Source of the DNA: an uncultured Actinomycetota bacterium
GTDB lineage: Bacteria; Actinomycetota; Actinomycetes; Mycobacteriales; Pseudonocardiaceae
Assembly: GCA_963712995.1 (NCBI GenBank)
Contig: CAVQKH010000006.1
Coordinates: 16,454 to 80,453, forward strand
Reading direction: 5' to 3'
Length of the DNA: 64,000 nucleotides
The stretch's first letter is position 1. Every line of letters starts with the position of its first letter. Position numbers and translations under genes: made by a program. The notes below the pieces were generated by a model. That model did no database searches and was not told where the DNA came from. It worked only from the letters and a program-made list of their open reading frames with translations. Of this stretch, positions 1 through 13,189 are shown piece after piece.

Positions 1-17
1 GGGGGCTCTGCGAGCTG

Positions 18-560
18 ATGCTCGTCGGCGCCCGGGGCGCCGTCAACGGCGGGCGGAACGGGATGGTGCCGCGCGGCCTGGACGAGCTGCGCAGGCTCCA
101 GCACCGCCTCGACGACGCACTGGAGAACTTCGAGACGACCCTCACGGCGTGCGGTGCCGGGCGCGACCGGGCGCCACACGCCGTGGTCGCCGGACGCATC
201 GGCGCAGCGCACCATGGTGCTGGCAGTGGTGGCGGTCCGGCCAGCTTCGAGGAGGCACTGGCGCACCTGGAGCACTCCTGGATCTACCTGCGCGAGTTGA
301 CTGACCGCCATACGGACCCCTCGGCGATCCGCCCGATCGGCACTGCGCATCGGCCGCAACGTTGTTACGAGAAGTCGACCCGCCGCTTTCAGCAGCTGCT
401 CGACGCGCTCGACGTCTTCTCCGATCCCCTTCGGGGTATCGCGCTGGTGTCCTCCAACCCGGGGTCCTCCAATCCGGGGTCCTCCGGACCCGTGGCCGCC
501 GGATCCGGCCGGGGTATCAGGTTGGCCGCTCTTCAAGGCACCCCGCACGCGGGTTGGTAG
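18..560 (+). CDS. hypothetical protein (may continue upstream of the window)
   Basis: ORF with strong third-position G/C bias typical of coding DNA here; no recognisable motif; its 3' end overlaps the hairpin at 522-578. Confidence 0.3.
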   Translation: MLVGARGAVNGGRNGMVPRGLDELRRLQHRLDDALENFETTLTACGAGRDRAPHAVVAGRIGAAHHGAGSGGGPASFEEALAHLEHSWIYLRELTDRHTDPSAIRPIGTAHRPQRCYEKSTRRFQQLLDALDVFSDPLRGIALVSSNPGSSNPGSSGPVAAGSGRGIRLAALQGTPHAGW

Positions 561-578
561 CTCTTGAAGAGCGGCCAA
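522..578. terminator. perfect 16-bp inverted repeat between convergent genes (putative bidirectional terminator)
   Basis: TTGGCCGCTCTTCAAG (522-537) and CTTGAAGAGCGGCCAA (563-578) are exact reverse complements with a 25-nt loop; lies between the stop of ORF 18..560 and the stop of phoH2. Confidence 0.5.
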
Positions 579-585
579 GCCAAAC

Positions 586-1920
586 TCAGTGCGCGGAACC
601 CTCGAGCATCTCGGTGACCAACGCCGCGATCGGTGAGCGCTCGGAGCGGGTGAGGGTGACGTGGGCGAACAACGGATGCCCCTTGAGCTTCTCGATCACT
701 GCGGCCACCCCGTCATGCCGGCCCACCCGCAGATTGTCCCGCTGCGCGACATCGTGGGTGAGCACCACCCGGGATCCCGTGCCCAGCCGGGAGAGCACCG
801 TGAGCAGCACGTTGCGCTCCAGGGACTGTGCCTCGTCGACGATGACGAAGGCATCGTGCAGCGACCGGCCGCGGATGTGGGTCAACGGCATCACCTCGAG
901 CATCCCGCGATCGATCACCTCGTCGATGACGTTCGGTGAGGCGATCGCGCCGAGGGTGTCGAACACCGCCTGCGCCCAGGGTTGCATCTTCTCGTTCTCA
1001 CTACCCGGCAGGTAACCCAGATCCTGACCACCCACGGCATAGAGCGGCCGGAAGACGATGACACGGCGGTGCGCGCCGCGTTCCATCACGGCTTCCAGAC
1101 CCGCGCACAGCGCGAGCGCCGACTTGCCGGTCCCGGCGCGGCCGCCGAGGGAGACGATGCCGATCTCGGGGTCGAGCAGCAGCTCCAGTGCGATGCGCTG
1201 CTCAGCTGAGCGGCCGCGGAGCCCGAACGCCTCACGGTCCCCGCGGACCAGCCGGACGCGCTTGTCCGCGGTGATCCGGCCCAGCGCGGTCGCGGTGCCG
1301 GCGAGCAGCCGCAATCCGGTGTTGCAGGGCAGACTCGCGACCTCCGGGTGCTCGGTGAGCTCGGCGATCCCCTCCTTGTAGAGCACCTCCAGCACTGCTG
1401 AGCCGACCTCGACGTCACTCATCCCGGTCCACCCGGAGGGCACCACGTCCTGCGCGCGGTACTCGTCGGCAACCAGCCCGACCGCGCCTGCCTTGACCCG
1501 CAGCGGCATGTCCTTGGTGACCAGCGTGACGTTGCGACCGTCGGCGACCAGGTTCAGCGCGCAGGCCAGGATCCGGGAGTCGTTGCTGTCGGTACGGAAC
1601 CCGGAGGGCAGTACCGATGGGTCGCAGTGATTCAGTTCGACCCGCAACGTGCCGCCGAGCTCACCGATCGGGACCGGCGTGTCCAGCCGGCCGTGGGTAC
1701 GCCGCAGATCGTCCAGCAGCCGCAGCGCTTCCCGAGCGAACCAGCCCAACTCCGAGTGATGCCGCTTGCCTTCCAGTTCCCCGACGACCACAAGTGGCAG
1801 TACCACCTCGTGCTCGTCGAATCGGCTCAATGCCCACGGGTCGGACAGCAGAACTGACGTGTCCAACACGTAGGTGCGAACACCGAGGGCGGTGGAGTGA
1901 GGCGAGCGAGAAGCGATCAC
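586..1920 (-). CDS. phoH2: PhoH2-type protein: N-terminal PIN domain fused to PhoH-like ATPase
   Basis: N-terminus [12 protein letters not shown] (PIN-like); P-loop [12 protein letters not shown]; C-terminal PhoH-like region; 444 aa; GTG start. Confidence 0.9.
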   Translation of the reverse strand: MIASRSPHSTALGVRTYVLDTSVLLSDPWALSRFDEHEVVLPLVVVGELEGKRHHSELGWFAREALRLLDDLRRTHGRLDTPVPIGELGGTLRVELNHCDPSVLPSGFRTDSNDSRILACALNLVADGRNVTLVTKDMPLRVKAGAVGLVADEYRAQDVVPSGWTGMSDVEVGSAVLEVLYKEGIAELTEHPEVASLPCNTGLRLLAGTATALGRITADKRVRLVRGDREAFGLRGRSAEQRIALELLLDPEIGIVSLGGRAGTGKSALALCAGLEAVMERGAHRRVIVFRPLYAVGGQDLGYLPGSENEKMQPWAQAVFDTLGAIASPNVIDEVIDRGMLEVMPLTHIRGRSLHDAFVIVDEAQSLERNVLLTVLSRLGTGSRVVLTHDVAQRDNLRVGRHDGVAAVIEKLKGHPLFAHVTLTRSERSPIAALVTEMLEGSAH

Positions 1921-2386
1921 GGCAGCTCCCTGACGAGCGCGGCACCCACGCCCGCTTCTCGGTGGGCCGGCCGGCCTCTGGCTGGTCGCTACCGCAGCGC
2001 CCCGTCGGGCTCAGCGGGACCGACCACGAGGGCCGGGTGCCGACCCTCCCGTGCTTGCCGTGAGCGGTTTACCCGCCCGATCGACATCAGCCACGACCAG
2101 GGCCTCCCGTAGCGAAACGCGTCGAGCACGTCTCACTGCCACCGCACGGTACCCGTCCGTGGCTACTGATGGCAGGCATCCACACAGGTGAATCGACCCG
2201 TGTCGAAGCGTGACCAAAGCAGTCCGTGAGTACACAACAGCGTTCTAGCTGCGCAGAGGTACCCCGTAGACCCGCATCAAGGACCGGAGTGGACCGGACT
2301 GCACGGCGACGGTGTGACATCGGCCACAGGCGCGCCTGCTGGGAACGACGTTGGTGGGAGCTGTGGCCAGATGCAGATGACCGCTC

Positions 2387-3595
2387 TCACCCCCGACTCA
2401 CGATCCCTTCGGCGCGCAGCGCCGAAGGGATCAGCGGCTCATCGAGTAACCGCTGGTAGCGCCCGCTCAGCGGCTGCTCCGGCGGGCGGGCGTCCAGCCA
2501 GGAGCGCAGCAGCCGGTATCCCTCGACATAAGTACTGGTGTAGGCGCGCCACAGCGGATCGGACAGGAAGCGCATCATCTGCCTGGCCCGCTGTTCGGGG
2601 ATCAGCAACCAGCGCTGCAGGTAGGCCAACACATCGGCTGGGTCGGCGCCCTGATCGTGCAGCATGAGCGCAGCGTCCTGACGGACACCGAGCAGGCCCG
2701 CCGACGCCACCTCCAGGCGCTCGGCGAGCTCTCCGTCCATCCGCAGTCCCAGATCACCGAGGATCTCCGCGGCCCACAGTCCCCATCCGGGGCCAACCGC
2801 GACCCGCAGCCCGAGGTCAGCCAGGCCCTCGGCCATCAGGCATTGCGGGGTGTTCACCAGGAAAATCGTCTGCTCAGCTTGATGCTGGGTGCGCACCAGG
2901 CCGGCTTCCTTGCGGCAGTGCTCGGTGTGGTGCCCGGGGTAGGACTCGTGCGCGACCAGGTGTGGCAGCTGCGCCCTCCGGTGCCCGAGATCAGCGTTGA
3001 TCGCCACCCGGGAGCGGTAGTCACCGAGGTAGTAGTTGAACCCACTCCATGGTTTGTCGGTGACCACCTCGTAATGCACGGTTTCCTGCGGGGGCAACTC
3101 GAACTCGGCCCGCGCCCGGTCCCGCAGCGCGCTGGACAGCGCCTGCACCGCGACCTCCAGCCGCTGCGGCGGGATCTCGTCGCGGGCCCGGTAGGCGGTC
3201 AACCGGTCAGCCAGTGGGTCGGCGCCGGGCAGCAACCGGTCGATCTCGGCATGTGCCTGGTGATAGACCTCGGGATCCCCCGGTTCGATGACCACATCGA
3301 AGTACGCTGCGACCTCCGTGACGAACCCGACCTGCTCCCCTGCCAGCACGCGTCCGCTGCACTCCAGGGCGAGAAGGTGGGCGGCCAAGAACTGCTCCCG
3401 CGGCTCGGACAATTCGGCGGCCGATAAGTCGGCTCGCAGCTGAACCGCCTGGCGGGCCAGTTCCGCCGGATCCGGCTTCGGCTCGTTGTCCACCTGGCGG
3501 CGCAACGCCGGATCACCGGTGTAGGCGTCGACGAAGCCCTCGACCAGGCGGTCGAACCGCAAACCAAGGGTCAGATACTCGCGGACCACGTTCAT
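2387..3595 (-). CDS. DUF885-like protein (putative metallopeptidase-like fold)
   Basis: Start moved to ATG at 3595 (MNVVREYL) to avoid overlap with uppS; motif HESYPGHHTEH resembles the DUF885 signature as remembered. Confidence 0.7.
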   Translation of the reverse strand: MNVVREYLTLGLRFDRLVEGFVDAYTGDPALRRQVDNEPKPDPAELARQAVQLRADLSAAELSEPREQFLAAHLLALECSGRVLAGEQVGFVTEVAAYFDVVIEPGDPEVYHQAHAEIDRLLPGADPLADRLTAYRARDEIPPQRLEVAVQALSSALRDRARAEFELPPQETVHYEVVTDKPWSGFNYYLGDYRSRVAINADLGHRRAQLPHLVAHESYPGHHTEHCRKEAGLVRTQHQAEQTIFLVNTPQCLMAEGLADLGLRVAVGPGWGLWAAEILGDLGLRMDGELAERLEVASAGLLGVRQDAALMLHDQGADPADVLAYLQRWLLIPEQRARQMMRFLSDPLWRAYTSTYVEGYRLLRSWLDARPPEQPLSGRYQRLLDEPLIPSALRAEGIVSRG

Positions 3596-3668
3596 GGATA
3601 CCAAGTATCCCGTCCGTGGCCCCGCTAGTGGGCGTCGAGCCGCAGTTCTGCATCGCCACCACGAGGGT

Positions 3669-4439
3669 CTACGACCCGAACCGCCGGTGCCTGGCGGTGT
3701 AGTCGCGCAGGGCACGCAGGAAATCCACCTTGCGGAAGGCCGGCCAGTAGGCGTCGCAGAACCAGAACTCCGAATGTGCCGACTGCCAGAGCAGGAAACC
3801 CGACAGCCGCTGCTCCCCCGAGGTTCGGATCACCAGGTCAGGGTCGGGCTGGCCGGAGGTGTAGAGGTGCTCGGCGATCTGCTCGACATCGAGCACCTCG
3901 GCGAGCTCCTCCATGGGGGTACCGGCCTCGGCGTGCTTGAGCAGCAGTTTGCGCAACGCGTCGGCAATCTCCTGGCGGCCGCCATAGCCCACCGCGACGT
4001 TCACCGCCAACCCTGGCCGGTCCCGGGTCCGCGCCGCCGCGCTGGTCAGCCGCTGGGCCATCTCCGAGGGCAGCAGGTCCAAAGCACCGACGACCCGCAC
4101 TCGCCAGGGCGTGTCCGGCGCGCACAGCTGGTCGACGACATCGGCGATGACCTCCAGTAGCGGCTCCAGCTCGCCCGGCGGGCGGTTGCGCAGGTTGTCC
4201 GGGGACAGCAGCCAGAACGTGGCGATTTCGATACCGGTCTCACGGCACCAGCCGAGCAGTTCTATCAGCTTCGCGGCACCGACCCGGTGGCCGTCACAGA
4301 CGTCGGCGAACCCGGCTTCCTTGGCCCAGCGCCGGTTGCCGTCCATGATCACCGCAACGTGGCGGGGCCGGTTCGCGGTACCGAGTTGGCGGGCCAGCCG
4401 GCGCTCGTAGAGCGCATAGACGAGGTCCTGCAGCCTCAC
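3669..4439 (-). CDS. uppS: cis(Z)-prenyl diphosphate synthase (UppS family; Rv1086-like by synteny)
   Basis: HVAVIMDGNRRWAKE and RTSGEQRLSGFLLWQ motifs typical of undecaprenyl/Z-farnesyl diphosphate synthases; 256 aa. Confidence 0.9.
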   Translation of the reverse strand: MRLQDLVYALYERRLARQLGTANRPRHVAVIMDGNRRWAKEAGFADVCDGHRVGAAKLIELLGWCRETGIEIATFWLLSPDNLRNRPPGELEPLLEVIADVVDQLCAPDTPWRVRVVGALDLLPSEMAQRLTSAAARTRDRPGLAVNVAVGYGGRQEIADALRKLLLKHAEAGTPMEELAEVLDVEQIAEHLYTSGQPDPDLVIRTSGEQRLSGFLLWQSAHSEFWFCDAYWPAFRKVDFLRALRDYTARHRRFGS

Positions 4440-4514
4440 AAGCCGGGAAGGCTACGCCCGGCCCCGGAGCAGATCATTCCCGGTGCCTGGCGCATTCAGC
4501 GGCTCAGCCTACGG

Positions 4515-5201
4515 TCACGTGGCCTCTTCGACGATCGCGATGGCGAAACCGTCGTAGCCTTTGACGCCGACGGTCTGGATGGCGGTGGCGCTGACCGACG
4601 GTTCGGCGGAGATCGCCTCGATGAGGCGCCGCGTGCCCTGCACGGCGGAGCTTTCGCTGCGGGCGTCGACCACCTCCCCACCCCGCACCACGTTGTCCAC
4701 GATGATCACGCCACCTGGTCTGGTCAGGCGCACCGAGGCGGCGAAGTACTCGGCGTTGTGCTCCTTGTCCGCATCGATGAACACGAGGTCGAACGGCGCG
4801 GCGTGCCCGTCGGCGAGTTCCTTGGCGAGCCGCGGGAGCACGTCCAGCGCCGCCCCGACTCGCACGTCCACCAGATCCGCGAGGCCGGCCCTGGCGATGT
4901 TGGCACGGGCCACTTCGACGTGTTTGTGCTCGTGCTCCACGGTGATCACGTGGCCGTCCGGTGGCAGCGCCCTGGCCAGCCAGATCGTGCTGTATCCACC
5001 CAGTGTGCCGAGCTCGAGGACCCGGCGGGCATCCACCAGCCTGGCGAGCAGGTTGAGCAGCTTGCCCTGTGCGGGTGAGACGGCGATAGCCGGCAGCCCC
5101 CCGGCGTCGCTGGCCGCGAGCGCAGCGTCCAGCGCCTCGTCCGTTCCGATGAGTGCGCCGGTGATGTAGTCGTCGACCGCCGTCCACTGCTGCTGGCTCA
5201 T
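4515..5201 (-). CDS. class I SAM-dependent O-methyltransferase (caffeoyl-CoA OMT-like)
   Basis: VLELGTLGGYSTIWLA (SAM motif I) and FDLVFIDADKEHN typical of the O-methyltransferase family 3. Confidence 0.85.
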   Translation of the reverse strand: MSQQQWTAVDDYITGALIGTDEALDAALAASDAGGLPAIAVSPAQGKLLNLLARLVDARRVLELGTLGGYSTIWLARALPPDGHVITVEHEHKHVEVARANIARAGLADLVDVRVGAALDVLPRLAKELADGHAAPFDLVFIDADKEHNAEYFAASVRLTRPGGVIIVDNVVRGGEVVDARSESSAVQGTRRLIEAISAEPSVSATAIQTVGVKGYDGFAIAIVEEAT

Positions 5202-5211
5202 AGTGACCAGG

Positions 5212-5817
5212 CTAGAGTTCGGGGCCGCGGGCGCGCAGGTCGTCGACGGTGGCCATGGCCTGCTGGAGCTCGCCGAGCCATTGCTGGGCGTGCTCGCCGA
5301 CCAGGCGCACCGCCCAGGCCAGTGCCTCCGACCGGGACCGCGCCACGCCAGCGTCGACCAGGGTGTCGAGCACCAGGCGCTCGGGCTGCCGCAACCGGGT
5401 CATCACCGGCACCGACAGCGTGGTGAACAATTCCTCGGTGTCACCGAGCCGGGCCCCCCAGGCCACTTTGCGCCGGTAGCGGTGCTCGGCCTGCCGCGCG
5501 ATCTCGATCCGCTCGTCCCGGGAGTCCTCCCGGAACCGGCTGATCCGGCCCGCCTCGGCGGCGGCGCGCTCAGCATCATCGGCGAACTGCTCGCCCAGTG
5601 CGGGCAACTCGCCCACGACCAGGATTTCCTCGCGGTCCACGGTGACCTCGACGTCACCGGTGAACCAGCCATCCGGCAACCGCCCCGCGAACCAGCCCTT
5701 GGCGTCGTCGGGCGACGGGAGATCAGCCTGCTGCCAGCCGCCGCGCCCAGGCCATCGGCTTCCGGCGCGCGCCGCATGCGGCCGTCCTCGTCCTACCATG
5801 GTTGCGCGTCCTCTCAC
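5212..5817 (-). CDS. conserved hypothetical protein (start uncertain)
   Basis: Coding-like ORF filling the gap between two genes; C-terminus looks helical/RHH-like; no firm family. Confidence 0.5.
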   Translation of the reverse strand: MRGRATMVGRGRPHAARAGSRWPGRGGWQQADLPSPDDAKGWFAGRLPDGWFTGDVEVTVDREEILVVGELPALGEQFADDAERAAAEAGRISRFREDSRDERIEIARQAEHRYRRKVAWGARLGDTEELFTTLSVPVMTRLRQPERLVLDTLVDAGVARSRSEALAWAVRLVGEHAQQWLGELQQAMATVDDLRARGPEL

Positions 5818-5915
5818 TCACTCCGTTGCTTCGATTACAACATTACTGCTGTTGCATCGGAGAGCAAGGGTTGTCCGCGCAGCGCGAACGCCGGCGGCAT
5901 CACACGCTGGCACGG

Positions 5916-7922
<2,007 letters not shown>

Positions 7923-7961
7923 GTGGGCTATCCTCCCTGCCCAGGCGAGCGCGCGGAACCT

Positions 7962-8210
7962 TTACTCCTCACGTGGAGTGGTGGAATCGTCGTCGAAGGA
8001 GTCCGGTACCCGGCGCAGGTGTTTGTTCATCGAGCGCACGAGCAGTGCCGCGGCGAGGAAAAGCAGCAACAGCAACACCAGAGCGGTCGGCGCGGCCTTG
8101 CCGAAGTCCTCGCCCTGCCCACCAGGATCGGGGTTGGGTGGCGGCGCGAGCGTCCCGAACCCGCTCACACCGGCCGTCGCGGGAAATTCCGTCAGCAAGA
8201 GCAAGCTCAC
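7962..8210 (-). CDS. small membrane protein (Rv1083-like position)
   Basis: GTG at 8210 overlaps the mca stop (GTGA); single hydrophobic helix [16 protein letters not shown]; the longer 7962..8582 ORF would overlap mca. Confidence 0.5.
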   Translation of the reverse strand: MSLLLLTEFPATAGVSGFGTLAPPPNPDPGGQGEDFGKAAPTALVLLLLLFLAAALLVRSMNKHLRRVPDSFDDDSTTPREE

Positions 8211-9097
8211 GCGAACACCCGCTCCCGGACACCGGAGAACAGATCGTCTTCGGGCAACGTGGTGTCGACCAGCGAACGGGCCAACTCGTACTCCTCGGTC
8301 GGCCACAGCTGCGCCTGCAGCGCATGCGGTACCCCGAACCACCGGCTGGCCGGGTCGATCTGAGTCGCGTGGGCCCGCAGCGCGTCGTCGCGCACCGGGA
8401 AGTACTCGGCGCACTCCACGCGGGTTGTCACCCGCTCCATCACATCCGGCGCCGAGGAGTCCCACTTTTCCAGCCATTCGACGAACGGAGACTCCTTGCC
8501 GGTCGCGATCAGCGCGTCGTGCAGCACCTGCATCCGCCGGCGAGAGAAACCGTGCGAGTAGTAGAGCTTCAGAGGCTGCCACGGCGCCCCGGCGTCCGGG
8601 AAACGTTCCGGGTCACCCGCAGCGTCGAACGCCGCCACCGACACCTCGTGGCAGCGGATGTGGTCGGGATGCGGGTAGCCACCCTTCTCGTCGTAGGTCA
8701 CCACCACATGCGGCCGGAACTCGCGGACCACCCGAACCAGATCCTGCGTGGGGCCCTCCAACGGCACCACCGCGAAACATTCCTGCGGCAACGGAGGTGC
8801 CGGGTCACCGTCAGGCATCCCGGAGTCGATGTAGCCAAGCCACCGGTGTCGCACACCCAGGATCTGCGCCGCGCGGGCCATCTCCTGCTGCCGGATCACG
8901 CTCATCTGCGCTGGGTGCTCGACCAGGTCGGCCGGTTCGAACGAGGGATTCAGGACGCTGCCTCGCTCCCCACCGGTGCAGGTGACGACCATCACGTCGT
9001 GACCGTCGGCGACATACCGGGCCATCGTCGCCGCACCCTTGCTCGACTCGTCGTCGGGATGTGCGTGCACCGCCATCATTCGCAGCTGCTCAGCCAT
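8207..9097 (-). CDS. mca: mycothiol S-conjugate amidase (LmbE/PIG-L family)
   Basis: [21 protein letters not shown]...TGGERG matches the remembered Mca N-terminus; synteny with greA. Confidence 0.9.
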   Translation of the reverse strand: MAEQLRMMAVHAHPDDESSKGAATMARYVADGHDVMVVTCTGGERGSVLNPSFEPADLVEHPAQMSVIRQQEMARAAQILGVRHRWLGYIDSGMPDGDPAPPLPQECFAVVPLEGPTQDLVRVVREFRPHVVVTYDEKGGYPHPDHIRCHEVSVAAFDAAGDPERFPDAGAPWQPLKLYYSHGFSRRRMQVLHDALIATGKESPFVEWLEKWDSSAPDVMERVTTRVECAEYFPVRDDALRAHATQIDPASRWFGVPHALQAQLWPTEEYELARSLVDTTLPEDDLFSGVRERVFA

Positions 9098-9225
9098 GGA
9101 TGCCTGCTCGTCCCTTCTCCTACCGGCGCCAGAGGCGGGCTACCCCGGGCGGCGGGAATCCTCTGGTGTGTGGACCATTGTTCCCCGCCGCACCGACAGT
9201 TCCGACCAGCGGGCCGTCGGAGTAG

Positions 9226-9699
9226 GTGTCGCCATCGAGCAGGTGTCCATCGAGGGGGTGTAACGCCGTGACCGCCGGCCAACTTCCCGCGGGTCGTTAC
9301 GGGCGGCGCCCGCCTTCCGCCCGCCGTCGGTGGGCGGTGCCGGCAGGGCTCATCCTCGCCACCCTCATCGGGCTGGCAGTGGCGGTGATCGGCTACCGCA
9401 ACCTCGGCACCACGCCGATCCAGGGTTCGGCGCTCAGCTTCACCCTTCTGCCGGGCAATGCCGTGCACCTGCGGCTGAGTGTGATCCGGGACGACCCCTC
9501 GCAGGCGGCCGTGTGTATCGTCCGTGCCCGTTCCCTGGATGGGGAGGAAACCGGCCGAAAAGAAGTCTACGTGCCCCCCGCGGCGGGTCCGATCACGCTG
9601 TCCACAGTGGTGCACACCTCCCGGCCACCAATCACCGCTGAGGTCTTCGGATGCTCGTTCCAGGTGCCCGACTACCTAGCTCCGGTCCCGAACCACTGA
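9226..9699 (+). CDS. DUF4307 membrane protein (Rv1081c-like); start uncertain (GTG 9268 possible)
   Basis: Arg-rich N-terminus, one TM helix ([16 protein letters not shown]) and a beta-rich C-terminus; conserved position between mca and greA. Confidence 0.75.
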   Translation: MSPSSRCPSRGCNAVTAGQLPAGRYGRRPPSARRRWAVPAGLILATLIGLAVAVIGYRNLGTTPIQGSALSFTLLPGNAVHLRLSVIRDDPSQAAVCIVRARSLDGEETGRKEVYVPPAAGPITLSTVVHTSRPPITAEVFGCSFQVPDYLAPVPNH

Positions 9700-9910
9700 C
9701 TCGACCAAGAAGTTAATAGCCCCGCTGAACAGGCACGATCCCGATCCATTCACCCGTAAGGCTGAGGTTGGCCCTGACACCTCGTGTTACCGTGGAGGGC
9801 GCGCACGGCCCCGGGGCAGGGCCGTGTTTTTCCGTTCCGGCCGTCGGCTACCACGTCGGCGGCTCGGTTCGGTCCGCACCGCGGTAGCGGACGTCGGATC
9901 TGAAGGAGGA

Positions 9911-10408
9911 ATGATGACCGTGAGCGAGACCCAGGTGACCTGGCTGACCCAGGAATCCTACGACCGGCTCAAGCAGGAACTCGACGAGCTGGTGGCGAAC
10001 CGCCCAGTCATTGCCGCGAAGATCAACGACGCCCGTGAGGAAGGAGACCTCAAGGAGAACGGTGGCTACCACGCCGCCCGCGAGGAGCAGGCCCAGCTCG
10101 AGGCCCGGATCCGCCAGCTACAGGAGCTGCTCCGCGTCGCCAAGGTCGGCGGTGTCCCCACCCAGTCCGGGATCGCCGCACCCGGAATGGTCATCACGGT
10201 ACGCTACCAGGGAGAGGACGAGACCGAGACCTTCCTGCTCGGATCACTGGAGGAAGTTGCACACGGTGATCTGGAGGTCTACTCGCCGAACTCACCACTG
10301 GGTAAAGCGATCATCGGTGCCCACGAGGGCGAGGACCGCCACTACGAGCTGCCCAACGGCGGTCTGATGACCGTCGCCGTCGTCAAGGCCGAGCCTTTTA
10401 GAGGCTGA
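9911..10408 (+). CDS. greA: transcription elongation factor GreA
   Basis: [19 protein letters not shown]...[15 protein letters not shown]; GAAGGAGGA Shine-Dalgarno just upstream of ATG 9911. Confidence 0.95.
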   Translation: MMTVSETQVTWLTQESYDRLKQELDELVANRPVIAAKINDAREEGDLKENGGYHAAREEQAQLEARIRQLQELLRVAKVGGVPTQSGIAAPGMVITVRYQGEDETETFLLGSLEEVAHGDLEVYSPNSPLGKAIIGAHEGEDRHYELPNGGLMTVAVVKAEPFRG

Positions 10409-10413
10409 ATTCT

Positions 10414-11619
10414 TCACTGCGACACCTGGTAGCCGGCCGCGTTCAGGTCGGCGATCAGTGCTGTGCAATGTTGCGGGCCGCGAGTCTCCAGACTCAACGC
10501 GACGACCACATCGCCGATTGCCAGACGACCGGCGGTGCGGGAGTGGGCCACATCGACCACGTTGGCTCCCGAGGCCCCCACTCGCGCCAGCAACGCGGCA
10601 AGTGCACCGGGCCGATCAGGCACGGTCACCTTCAGCGCCACGAACCGCCCGGCCGCCCTCAGGCCGTGCCGGATGAGGTGCATCAGCAGCAGCGGGTCGA
10701 CGTTGCCACCCGAGAGCACCGCACAGACCGGTCCCGGGAAGCGCTCGCCTGCCGCCAGCAACGCCGCGACCGCAGCCGCACCAGCCGGCTCGACCAGCAG
10801 CTTGGCCCGCTCCAGACACAACAGCAGCGCCTGGGACAGCGCCTCCTCCCCGACGGTGAGCACCTCATCGACCAATGCGGACACATGCGCGAAGCTCACC
10901 GGACCCACCTCGGAGACGGCGATCCCGTCGGCCATCGTGTACCTCGCTGGCAGCCGAACCGGTGCGCCGGCGGCCAGCGACGCAGGCCAGACCGCTGCGT
11001 GCTCGGCCTGCACCCCGATCACCCTCACCTCAGGTTTGACACCCTTGACCGCGGCGGCGATCCCACCGACAAGCCCACCACCACCGGTGGGCACCAGGAC
11101 GGTCGCCACGTCGGGCAGCTGCTCGAGCATCTCCAGACCCACCGTGCCCTGACCGGCCAGCACGTCGGGGTGGTCGAACGGGTGGATGAACACCGCCCCG
11201 GTCTCCTGCGCGAAGACGCGCGCGGCGGCCAGCGAGTCCTCGACGACGTCGCCGACGAGATGCACCTGTGCACCGTAGCCGCGCGTGGCGGCGATCTTGG
11301 GCAGCGCCGCGGTCACCGGCATGTAGACCGTTGCGGCGGTGCCCAACATCGCGGCCGCCAGCGCCACTCCCTGCCCATGGTTTCCGGCGCTGGCCGCCAC
11401 CACCCCACGGGCCCGCTGCGCCGCGGACAGGGCATGGATCCGCACATACGCGCCCCGAATCTTGAACGAACCCGTAAGCTGCAGGTTCTCGCATTTGAGG
11501 TGGACCGGGACCGCGCAGTGCTGGGCGAGCACCTCGCAGTACCGCACCGGGGTGCGCCTGATGACGCCATGCAGGGTCTCCCGGGCGAGTCTGATCTTCT
11601 CGATGCCGACCAGCTCCAT
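10414..11619 (-). CDS. ilvA: threonine ammonia-lyase (short form with one ACT-like domain)
   Basis: PLP lysine motif GSFKIRGAY, SAGNHGQGVA, C-terminal regulatory domain; 401 aa. Confidence 0.9.
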   Translation of the reverse strand: MELVGIEKIRLARETLHGVIRRTPVRYCEVLAQHCAVPVHLKCENLQLTGSFKIRGAYVRIHALSAAQRARGVVAASAGNHGQGVALAAAMLGTAATVYMPVTAALPKIAATRGYGAQVHLVGDVVEDSLAAARVFAQETGAVFIHPFDHPDVLAGQGTVGLEMLEQLPDVATVLVPTGGGGLVGGIAAAVKGVKPEVRVIGVQAEHAAVWPASLAAGAPVRLPARYTMADGIAVSEVGPVSFAHVSALVDEVLTVGEEALSQALLLCLERAKLLVEPAGAAAVAALLAAGERFPGPVCAVLSGGNVDPLLLMHLIRHGLRAAGRFVALKVTVPDRPGALAALLARVGASGANVVDVAHSRTAGRLAIGDVVVALSLETRGPQHCTALIADLNAAGYQVSQ

Positions 11620-11715
11620 AGTCGATGATCCTGCCAGCCGGCGAGCGCACGCCGGAAAACACCGCGCAGGATAACACCAGGGTAAGGTCGCCGATGAGCG
11701 TTTCGAGGAGGTGGA

Positions 11716-11949
11716 ATGGGTCGCCGCTGGGTACCGATCGTGGTCACCGCCGGGGTAGCCGCGTTGCTCGCGGGTGCCGCCGTCTTCACGGCTAACAGTG
11801 CGGGCTGCGCCGACCCGGGCAGCTATGTACGGGTACCAGGTGGTGTGCAGCTCGTCGGCGGATGCCTCAACAGCGCCGATCTCCCGGTCGCCCCCCCACC
11901 AGCCCCCGCCAAACCAGCCTCCCCACCCAAACCCCCCACCGGCGCCTAA
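11716..11949 (+). CDS. small proline-rich putative lipoprotein
   Basis: Signal peptide ending in a lipobox-like SAGC; Pro-rich tail PPPAPAKPASPPKPP. Confidence 0.45.
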   Translation: MGRRWVPIVVTAGVAALLAGAAVFTANSAGCADPGSYVRVPGGVQLVGGCLNSADLPVAPPPAPAKPASPPKPPTGA

Positions 11950-12007
11950 CCTCCACCGTCCCGCCCCTGGGCAAGGAAGACATATCGGGGTTGAGAGCAG
12001 CTGTTCG

Positions 12008-13144
12008 CTACGCGAGCGCGGTGCGCAGGTCCTCGATCAGGTCTTCGGCATCCTCGATGCCCACAGACAGGCGAAGGAGGTCGGCCGGTACCTCCAACTG
12101 GGTGCCCGTGGTGGAGGCGTGCGTCATGCGTCCGGGGTGCTCGATGAGGGACTCCACCCCACCCAGCGACTCAGCGAGGGTGAACAGCCGGGTTCGGGCA
12201 CACACCGCCAGCGCCGCCGCTGCGCCCCCACGCACGGTGAACGAGACCATGCCCCCGAAGCGGCGCATCTGCTTGGCGGCCACCTCATGGCCGGGATGGG
12301 TGTCCAAACCCGGGTAGTGCACACCGGTGATCGTCGGGTGCGCCTGCAGCGCCGCGACAACCCGCTCGGCGTTATCGCAGTGTCGCTCCATGCGCACTGC
12401 CAGGGTCTTGATCCCGCGTAAAGTCAGCCAGGCGTCGAAGGGCCCCGGCACCGCACCGGCGCCGTTCTGCAGGAACGCCACCTGCTCATCCAGCCCGGCG
12501 TCGTCGGTGATCAACGCGCCGCCAACCACGTCGGAGTGTCCACCGAGATACTTGGTGGTCGAGTGCAGCACCACATCGGCACCCAGTCCCAGGGGCGTCT
12601 GCAGGTAGGGGGTGGCGAAGGTGTTGTCCACCACCAGGCGGGCACCGGCTCCGTGGGCGATGCCCGCCAGCGCCGCGATATCCGCGATGGTGAGCAGCGG
12701 ATTGGTCGGCGTCTCGCACCACACCAACCGGGTCGTCGGACGCATCGCGTCCAACACCACATCGGGATCGGACTGTGAGACAGCGGTGTAGTCGATCCCC
12801 CAGGGTCCGAACACCTTGTCGATCAGGCGGAAAGTGCCCCCGTAGGCGTCGTCAGGGATGACGATGTGATCACCTGGCCGGCAGGTCGCTCGCAACAGGA
12901 CGTCGGTGGCCGCCATCCCGGAGGCGAAGGCCCGCCCGTGACGACCTCCCTCCAGCGCGGCCAGGCAGGTCTCCAACGCGGTGCGGGTGGGGTTGCCGGT
13001 GCGGGCGTACTCATATCCCTCGCGCAGGCCGCCAACACCGTCCTGAACGAAGGTGGAGGTGGCGTGGATCGGCACGATCACCGACCCGGTGTGGGGATCC
13101 GGATCCTGACCGGCGTGGATCGCGCGGGTGGCGAAACCTGTCAC
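12008..13144 (-). CDS. metB: cystathionine gamma-synthase/gamma-lyase (PLP-dependent)
   Basis: FATRAIHAG...HSTTKYLGGHSDV (PLP Lys) typical Cys/Met metabolism enzyme; Rv1079-like synteny. Confidence 0.9.
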   Translation of the reverse strand: MTGFATRAIHAGQDPDPHTGSVIVPIHATSTFVQDGVGGLREGYEYARTGNPTRTALETCLAALEGGRHGRAFASGMAATDVLLRATCRPGDHIVIPDDAYGGTFRLIDKVFGPWGIDYTAVSQSDPDVVLDAMRPTTRLVWCETPTNPLLTIADIAALAGIAHGAGARLVVDNTFATPYLQTPLGLGADVVLHSTTKYLGGHSDVVGGALITDDAGLDEQVAFLQNGAGAVPGPFDAWLTLRGIKTLAVRMERHCDNAERVVAALQAHPTITGVHYPGLDTHPGHEVAAKQMRRFGGMVSFTVRGGAAAALAVCARTRLFTLAESLGGVESLIEHPGRMTHASTTGTQLEVPADLLRLSVGIEDAEDLIEDLRTALA

Positions 13145-13189
13145 GTCGACAGCCTACGGCGATCCGCTGCCGGCGCGATCACCGCCACT

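Noticed and set aside
10468-11628. 386-aa plus-strand ORF opposite ilvA. Similar cases are 13459..14700 opposite cbs, 22658..23551 opposite fdhD, 61173..61976 opposite ndh and 62497..63693 opposite ppx.
   Set aside because: All are antisense shadows of genes with clear catalytic motifs on the other strand.
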